Source of the DNA: an uncultured Verrucomicrobiae bacterium
Lineage (GTDB): Bacteria > Verrucomicrobiota > Verrucomicrobiia > Palsa-1439
Assembly (NCBI GenBank): GCA_963812605.1
Contig: CAWEWF010000008.1
Location: 64,001-128,000, forward strand
Direction of reading: 5' to 3'
Length of the DNA: 64,000 bases
This document shows positions 57,347 through 64,000 of the stretch, in pieces; position 1 is the stretch's first letter, and every line of letters begins with the position of its first letter. Both the position numbers and the translations under genes were made by a program. The notes beneath the pieces were generated by a model. The model worked only from the letters and a program-made list of their open reading frames with translations, was not told the origin of the DNA and did no database searches.

Positions 57347-59696
57347 ATGATCGAGCGAATGGTGGCCTTCTCTCCCGCCCGATTTCACACAGGGCGGGCT
57401 TGGTTAACAGTTCTTTCCGCCGTTCTGATCACAGTCACTCTTTGCTGCCGGAGTTGCTCGGCCTGGAACGGGTCGGACGAGGGCCGGCAGCAGACCTTGG
57501 AGGGTTTGCAGGCCTTTGAAAGAGGCGCCCTGGATCAAGCGGTCTCGCATTGGGAAAAGGCGGCGAAATTCTGCCACGCGCAGCATGACAGCCCAGGCGA
57601 AATCGATTCCCAAGTTTGTCTGGCCCATGCTTATGAGGCCCTGGGGCAATTCAGTGACGCCATCAAACTGCTCCATGACGCTGTGGACCTCGCCGTAGCG
57701 GCGAAAGACAACCAACGCATCATTCTCACCAAGGGCAGCCTGGGAGAAGCCTACTCATTTACCCATCGCTCCGATTTGGCTGAAAGCAATCTCCGGGAGG
57801 CTCTGGCCTTGGCCTTTCAGGATGGCGACCAACACGCTGCCGCCAGAATTGATAACAGCCTGGGAAATCTGCTCGCCTCGCAAGATAAGTTTGCCGACGC
57901 ACTGGATGCCTATCGGCAAAGCGCGTCTCTCGCACGGCAGACTCAGGACCGATTACTGACTGCCAAAGCGCTCGGCAATGCCGCTTCAATCGCCGTTGAC
58001 ACGGCGGCGGCACCCTATGCCACCAGTCTGAATGATTCGGCCTGCGAAGAAGCCCGTCAGGTTCAAGACAGCCACGAAAAAGCGTTTATCCTGACCATCT
58101 GTGGCCAAACATACCAGCGGTTGCTGGGGAGCCAACCTGGATCGCAAGACCTGCTATTTGCCAGCGCAACGAACGCCTACTCGACAGCGCTTCAGACCGC
58201 CCTCACGATCGGTGACGACCGTGCGGCTTCCTACGCTCTGGGAGAGCTGGGGCGGCTCTATGAACAAGACTCGCGCTACACCGAGGCTCTGGATTTGACG
58301 CGCCAGGCGGTGTTCTTCGCCCAGAAGACACAGGCCAAGGAGGCGCTGTACCGCTGGGAATGGCAAACCGGACGCTTGCTGAAGGCACTGAATCAACCCG
58401 CGGCAGCCATCAAAGCATACAGCCGCGCCGTTCAATCCCTGCACGGCATCCGCAATGATTTATTTCTCACCTACGCTAACCGTCCCGTCCCGACGTCATT
58501 TCGGGAGACGATTGGGCCGGTGTATTACGAACTGGCCGACTTGTTGTTGCGGCAGGCTGACACGCTAAAGGACGACAAGCAGATCCAGCAGTGTTTACTG
58601 GAGGCGCGCGACGTCGTGGAACAGCTCAAATCCGCCGAGTTGGAAGATTACTTCCAGGATAAATGCGTCAATCTTGCCAGAAAAACGCGGGTCGAGAACG
58701 TTTCCCGAGATGCAGCGGTGATCTACCTCATCCCACTGCCGGACCGCACCGAGGTGTTGGTTGGGTTTTCCACGGGACTCCAGAAACTAACGGTTCCTGT
58801 GGGATCTCAAAGGCTGGCGACCGTGGTGCAACAATTCCGCAAGAACCTCGAAACGCGCACCTCGTATGAATATCTGGAACAAGCGCGGGAACTGTATGAT
58901 TGGCTGATTCGTCCCATGAAGGAAGAACTCGTGCGCCGGAAGATCCAGACGCTTGTCTTCATACCCGACGGGGCTCTCCAGACCATTCCCTTCGCCGCCC
59001 TCCAAGACGGCCAACGGTTCCTGATTGAGGATTTTGCGGTGGCTGTGACGCCGGGTCTGACTCTGACCGCTTCACGGTCTGCCCGTCGGGCCGACCAGCA
59101 AATGCTGCTCGCGGGTTTGTCCCAAGCGGCACAGACCTTCCCTCCCTTGGACTATGTGCCGACTGAGCTTCAGAACCTGAAACTTCTGTATCGAGGTGAA
59201 GAACTGCTAGATAAGGATTTCCTGAAAGCGACATTTGAAAAGGATTTTGAGCAGAAACAATACTCCATCGTTCACATCGCATCCCATGGGCAATTTGAAC
59301 CCGACATTAGCAAGACCTTTATATTAACATACGATACCAACCTCAACCTGGATGCGCTAGAGCACCTGATTCGCCCAAGCCAGTTCCGGAAGGAGCCAGT
59401 CGAACTGTTGACCCTCAGTGCCTGCGAGACGGCGGAGGGGGATGATCGTGCCGCGCTGGGCCTTGCCCGGTGTGGCAGTTAAAGCCGGCGCGCATAGCGC
59501 CTTGGCCACGCTCTGGTCTGTGAATGACCAGGCAAGCACATTTCTGATCTCAGAGTTTTATTCTCATTGGGCAAGTGATAGGTCAATTTCAAAAGCCAGG
59601 GCACTTCAATTGGCCCAGATCACAATGCTGGCTCATAAGCGTTACCATCACCCGTGTTATTGGGCCCCCTACCTGCTGATTGGCAATTGGCTGTGA
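57347..59696 (+). CDS. Exported TPR + CHAT (caspase-like) protease; frameshift near 59465
   Basis: Signal-like N-terminus, TPR helices, FIPDGALQTIPF, HIASHG (His), LSACET (Cys), ATLWSVND, HP.YWAPY.LIGNWL. Confidence 0.9.
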
Positions 59697-59712
59697 GCCC
59701 GCAGGCCGGAAT

Positions 59713-61650
59713 GTGAAACGCTTCTTCGGACAGACCTGGCCTCCTCAGTTCGCGAGCGTACTGCTGGCCGTGGTCTCATTACTGCTGATGCTCTGGGTGT
59801 GCCACTTCCAAAAGTTTCAGCATCTTGAACTTATCTGGTACGATAAGTTGATTTGTTGGCGAGCGACACAGGGCCGCCCTGATCCGCGGATTGTTCTTGT
59901 GACAATCACTGAAAAGGACATTACGGACCCGCAACTTCCTGATTGGCCTCTGTGGAACGATCAGCTCGCACGTCTCTTGCAAACTATCGAAAAACACGAG
60001 CCGGCAGTTATCGGGCTGGATCTCCTGCGCGATATTTCCGTGCCAAAAGCCAATATCGATCAATTCCAAAGACTGAACGCGATGCTGTCAAATAACGCCA
60101 ACATCGTTTGTACCTTTATATTCGGTGGTACGCCCCCTCCTCCGGCATTACAGGGCCTTAAGGATCGGATCGGCTTTGCTGACAGTCCGATCGACTATAA
60201 AATTGACGGGGTTGTTCGCCGCGGTTTTCTGTACCTGGACGACGAAACGACTTGGTATCAGTCTTTTGCGTTGAGTGTGGCAGCGCTCTATCTGGCGCCG
60301 CGAGGGATTGTTCCTGCGGCTGATCCAGCCAATAGCAACTGTGTTCAGCTAGGACGAGCGACGTTCTGTCCTCTGGAGTCAAACTACGGCCCTTACCGTG
60401 GAATGAATGCAAGTGGCTTCCAGTTTCTGATCGACTTCAAGGGGCCGCGTCGTTTTCGGGAGTTTACGTTGGGACAAGCGCTGCGAGATGAGTTCAGTTC
60501 GGAAGACCTAAGCAACAAAATTGTGCTAATTGGAGCCACGGCCGAGAGCGTCCACGACTACAACGCCACGCCCCTTGATGAGCAACATCATGGGCTATAC
60601 CAACAAGCCCTCTTGGTGAACCAGCTTCTGCGGGCGGCACTCGACGGGGACCAACCTTTGCGCGTCTGGCCACCGTCGGTCGAGTGTGCCTGGATTCTAT
60701 TGTGGTGCCTGGCAGGAGCTGGGATCGGCTTGTGGGCGCGCTCGATCTGGTTGTCCATAACGTTGATCGTCGGGGGTCTCGTTGGGATTGCATCTATCGC
60801 ATGGGCTGCATTCGCATCTGGTTGGTGGCTGATTGTCGCCGCCCCGGCCGGGGCGTTCCTGTTGTCCTCCTTTATGGTGTTCGCGTACTCCTCAGTGTAC
60901 GAGTGGTTGCAACGAAGGATTGTCATGCGGTTGTTTTCGCAAAACGTCTCTCCCGAAGTCGCCAAGGAAATCTGGGACCAACGCGAAGCCTTTCTGGATG
61001 GGAACAGACCACGTTCCCAGCAGGTGAAAGCCACGGTGCTGTTCACCGACTTAAAAGGCTTCACCACTTTGGCTGAAAAATTGGAGCCCGACCAGGTGCT
61101 GGAGTGGCTGAATGGATACATGGCCGCGATGTCGAAGGTTGTCATGGAGCATCGCGGGGTGGTGGAGAAATACATCGGTGATTCAATCATGGCTGTTTTC
61201 GGCGTCCCGGTTCCGCGCAATGTCGCCCAACAAGTCCAACAAGATGCAATCCATGCCGTTTCCGCCGCCTTGGCCATGCGCGACCGCATCATGCAGTTAA
61301 ATGACGACTGGAAAGAGGAGGAAAAGCCAACGGCCATGATGCGTGTAGGCGTTCACTCGGGCCTGCTGGTTGCTGGTTGTCTGGGAGGCGCCGATCGCAT
61401 GGAATACACCGTGATTGGCGACACTGTCAATATCGCGTCTCGACTGGAAAGCTACAAAGAGGATCCCGCTGACCCCGGGTTGTCGGTTGGCGGCTGCCGT
61501 ATCTTGATTAGCGATGGCACATGGCAACTGGTGAACGAGCGGTTTCAAACCGAGATTGTGGGTGAAATACTATTGAAAGGGAAAGAGAAGCCCGTTAAAA
61601 TCTATTCGGTGTTGGCGCAATCCACAGTCCCGGAGGCAGCCGCCCGTTGA
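59713..61650 (+). CDS. CHASE2-domain class III adenylate cyclase
   Basis: DPRIVLVTI, IGLD, DGVVRR, KIVLIG, three TM helices; VLFTDLKGFT, EKYIGD, YTVIGDTVNIASRLE (Lys/Thr = ATP specificity). Confidence 0.92.
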   Translation: MKRFFGQTWPPQFASVLLAVVSLLLMLWVCHFQKFQHLELIWYDKLICWRATQGRPDPRIVLVTITEKDITDPQLPDWPLWNDQLARLLQTIEKHEPAVIGLDLLRDISVPKANIDQFQRLNAMLSNNANIVCTFIFGGTPPPPALQGLKDRIGFADSPIDYKIDGVVRRGFLYLDDETTWYQSFALSVAALYLAPRGIVPAADPANSNCVQLGRATFCPLESNYGPYRGMNASGFQFLIDFKGPRRFREFTLGQALRDEFSSEDLSNKIVLIGATAESVHDYNATPLDEQHHGLYQQALLVNQLLRAALDGDQPLRVWPPSVECAWILLWCLAGAGIGLWARSIWLSITLIVGGLVGIASIAWAAFASGWWLIVAAPAGAFLLSSFMVFAYSSVYEWLQRRIVMRLFSQNVSPEVAKEIWDQREAFLDGNRPRSQQVKATVLFTDLKGFTTLAEKLEPDQVLEWLNGYMAAMSKVVMEHRGVVEKYIGDSIMAVFGVPVPRNVAQQVQQDAIHAVSAALAMRDRIMQLNDDWKEEEKPTAMMRVGVHSGLLVAGCLGGADRMEYTVIGDTVNIASRLESYKEDPADPGLSVGGCRILISDGTWQLVNERFQTEIVGEILLKGKEKPVKIYSVLAQSTVPEAAAR

Positions 61651-62417
61651 AAGTTCACCTTTCAATTCTGCTGGTCTTGATTGTTGGCGTGATATCGGGG
61701 GCCCCACGTTTGTGCGCCACTGAAAGCAACCAGCCTCCGGCTGCGCCAGCTATTCCCCAGCCAACGGGCGCCCCTGGCACAGCCGCTGTAGCACGGGTCG
61801 TCTTTACGCCTCCGAAGCGCCTCGCCCCACCTGAGAACGAGCGCGTCGATCACACCTCACGAGGCAGCGGGATTTCACTCACCTGCTTGAATGTGCTCGC
61901 TCCGGACAGCACTGCATTGACCATTCAAGAGCAGCCCTCCCTGCTCTGGTATCAGTCGCAGCCGGCGGATGTGCCCTTCGAGCTGAGCATTCTGGTGGAC
62001 AATGAAGTTCACCCGTTGCTCCGAGTTCGGCTTCCAAATGCCAGGAATTTCGGGATTCAGCGTATAAACCTCGCGGATTATAATGTCCGACTTTCTCCCA
62101 ATATTGAATATGAATGGGTTGTGGCCCTTGTGGCCTACCCGGTTAACCGCTCCAAAGATGTGGTTGCCAATGGCTGGATCGAACGCGTCGAGTCTTCGCA
62201 GTCATTGCGATCCAAGCTTGCGACTACCCCAAAGGAGGGCTGGACCTATGTCTACGCCGAGGAAGGGATTTGGGTGGACGCCTTGGCAGCACTTTCCGAC
62301 CTGATTAAGGCGCGACCAACTGACAAAGACTTGCACGAAAACCTCGCGGCGTTGCTGGAGCAGGCTGGTCTGACCAACGCCGCAAACTACGCTGCCTCCA
62401 TGACCTTGAAGGAATAG
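61647..62417 (+). CDS. Secreted DUF928-like protein
   Basis: Signal peptide, P...R....SRG, LT..EQPSLLWY, EYEW, GWIERV, YAEEGIW.DAL, LLEQAGL; overlaps the cyclase stop codon. Confidence 0.82.
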   Translation: MKVHLSILLVLIVGVISGAPRLCATESNQPPAAPAIPQPTGAPGTAAVARVVFTPPKRLAPPENERVDHTSRGSGISLTCLNVLAPDSTALTIQEQPSLLWYQSQPADVPFELSILVDNEVHPLLRVRLPNARNFGIQRINLADYNVRLSPNIEYEWVVALVAYPVNRSKDVVANGWIERVESSQSLRSKLATTPKEGWTYVYAEEGIWVDALAALSDLIKARPTDKDLHENLAALLEQAGLTNAANYAASMTLKE

Positions 62418-62487
62418 AGGCCAAAAAAAGCGCCGGAGAAACCGCTCAAAAGGCTTCGCAGTTCACTTTCCGCTGCTTCTCGTCCGT

Positions 62488-62646
62488 GACAACCTGCAAC
62501 AATCCGGGACAATCCGATACTAAATCTTGTGAGCGCCGGTGTGAATATAGCCATATTTCCATTCAAATTCCTCAATGAAATCGCAAAAGGGGTCGACTTC
62601 AAGCCCCGTCACTCCCGCCAGTTTCTTTCTTGCGACAATCCGGGAC
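62488..62646 (+). mobile_element. att-like junction: arm repeats plus tRNA-Asp-like 3' fragment with CCA (copy 2)
   Basis: GACAACCTGC-AACAATCCGG-GACAATCCGA, core TTCAAGCCCCGTCACTCCCGCCA (62598-62620), another GACAATCCGGGAC at 62634-62646. Confidence 0.78.
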
Positions 62647-63237
62647 CCCATGCAGAACTGCGTACCCCATCACGCGTTTCAAACTCTCAATATCCATGTT
62701 GACCGTTCGACTTGACACTCGCGCCGCATGTCTCGTCGCCCAATGCTCGCATTCCAACCGAGAGATTCCCGCAACGCTTTCCCCGCCAATCCCCTTCGCG
62801 ACCACTTGGATGCTGTAGCGGCGGCGACGGACTGTTGATTGCCGTAAATTGTGTTGAGTAGCCAACCAAGCATCTCCGACAACCATGAACGACTTTCCTG
62901 CGAGCCGATTGGGCAACAATGATTCCGGCGGCGCGGGACGAAACGCGGATCGCATTAAAGTTCCAGGATGCGTTCCATCGGACGGGGGACTGTTCAAACC
63001 GGAGCGGAATTCAGCGAGTTTATGACCTGCATCTCGGAGATCAGTGGTTCCAAGAGACTTCTTGAACTGCTTCTTTTTTCCTAAAATTGTCCGCTTGATG
63101 ATTGCGTAGATGATGCCGGTCGACACATCGCGCCAAAGGCATTCGCCGCAGTTCTTGAGGATTTGGCGGTAAGAACCAGCGGTGGCGGGACTGACTTTGG
63201 GGTTACGAGTCGAGACTTGCGCGAACTTGGAGAACAT
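62645..63237 (-). pseudogene. N-terminal half of a tyrosine integrase (arm- and core-binding domains); catalytic domain lost
   Basis: ECLWRD..TGIIYA..K....[37 protein letters not shown]; runs into the att repeat. Confidence 0.75.
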
Positions 63238-63272
63238 AACATTCTTTCCAAGTCGCTCCGTTGTTTGGATTT

Positions 63273-63349
<77 letters not shown>

Positions 63350-63549
63350 TTTTCATGCCGCTGCAGGGCAGTATTTTTAAGGCGTATAAGGCATCCTCCT
63401 GAAGCGAGGTTTTTTCCACCAAAAAAGACATCACCCGTGGCACTCACCCTGAAAGAAAAGTGGAGCTTGTGATATGAAGGATCCAGCGTCAACCAGGAGG
63501 TCAGCGTCGTTGTCGGAGAGCGTGAACTCCTTTTGCGGGCCGTCAGGGT

Positions 63550-63630
63550 GAAAGTCATCTTGGCGGCCATGGCCCGGCTTTGTTCATCCTGCGGGTGTCC
63601 GTAAACCAGGGCAACCAGCACCCCGCCGTC
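63550..63630 (-). pseudogene. C-terminal remnant of a tyrosine integrase
   Basis: DGGVLVALVYGHPQDEQSRAMAAKMTF matches the recalled GH.DGG.L...YGH..DEHS..MA.K..F tail; points toward the tRNA 3' end. Confidence 0.65.
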
Positions 63631-63828
63631 CGCCTGAACATAATCCCGATGCCACATGCGATTGGTCATTGCCGTTCGGGCCGTGCCGCGCCAACGAATC
63701 GAGATCTGATGGGCTACTTCTTCGGCCAGGTCGAACGCGAGCTTGGTTGCCGCGTTCGAGATAATCTGTTGAAGATCTGCATCACTGTAGGGTTCGAGCG
63801 CGATGATCCATTCTTCGCCCTCCGTGCT
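63620..63828 (-). pseudogene. RuvB-like AAA lid-domain fragment
   Basis: LEPYSDADLQQII...A..I..RWRGTARTA.....RDYVQ resembles RuvB LEFY...L..IV...RGTPR.A..L..VRDFA; in-frame stop just upstream. Confidence 0.6.
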
Positions 63829-64000
63829 CTAATGGTTGGTTATCCAACCAGACCAAGAACCCGCCAAAAGTGCGAAACCAGTCCTACGTTATCGTTGACT
63901 TCGCCTTCCGGCGCAAATATTCTTTCGGACACTCGATAAATCAAATGGACATGATGACACCGAGTCAAAGTAATCTTAAAACAGTCCTCGAGCTTGATCT

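Overview
GC-rich bacterial window, most likely Verrucomicrobiota. The inference rests on a PEP-CTERM protein, a Ser/Thr kinase-WD40 fusion, secreted proteins ending in FYRVRLVP, and integrase tails of the DGG..YGH..DE type. Bases 1-18.2 kb form a glycan-utilisation locus: a sugar ABC transporter, GH30, a probable GH149 beta-1,3-glucan phosphorylase, GH2, a PEP-CTERM CBM-like protein, an aldo/keto reductase, a beta-helix/gluconolactonase fusion and GH16. These genes share a repeated LacI-type operator, TGCAAnnnnTTGCA. From a broken tRNA-Ser at 18.3 kb to the end of the window lies a composite, heavily eroded accessory region. It holds five tRNA-derived att-like junctions (Ser 5' half, two inverted Asp 3' ends, a Gln 3' end, a chimeric Arg), three integrase remnants, a lone attC, an IS630 fragment and many gene scraps. 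Its cargo is mostly large secreted proteins with interchangeable C-terminal domains (S8 protease, SGNH hydrolase, a roughly 2800-aa Ig-repeat adhesin, two beta-solenoid/PKD paralogs), plus an FHA-like/CHAT protease/CHASE2 adenylate cyclase/DUF928 cassette. Many long genes carry single indels that are probably long-read assembly errors. All family calls come from motifs recognised by eye; no searches were run.
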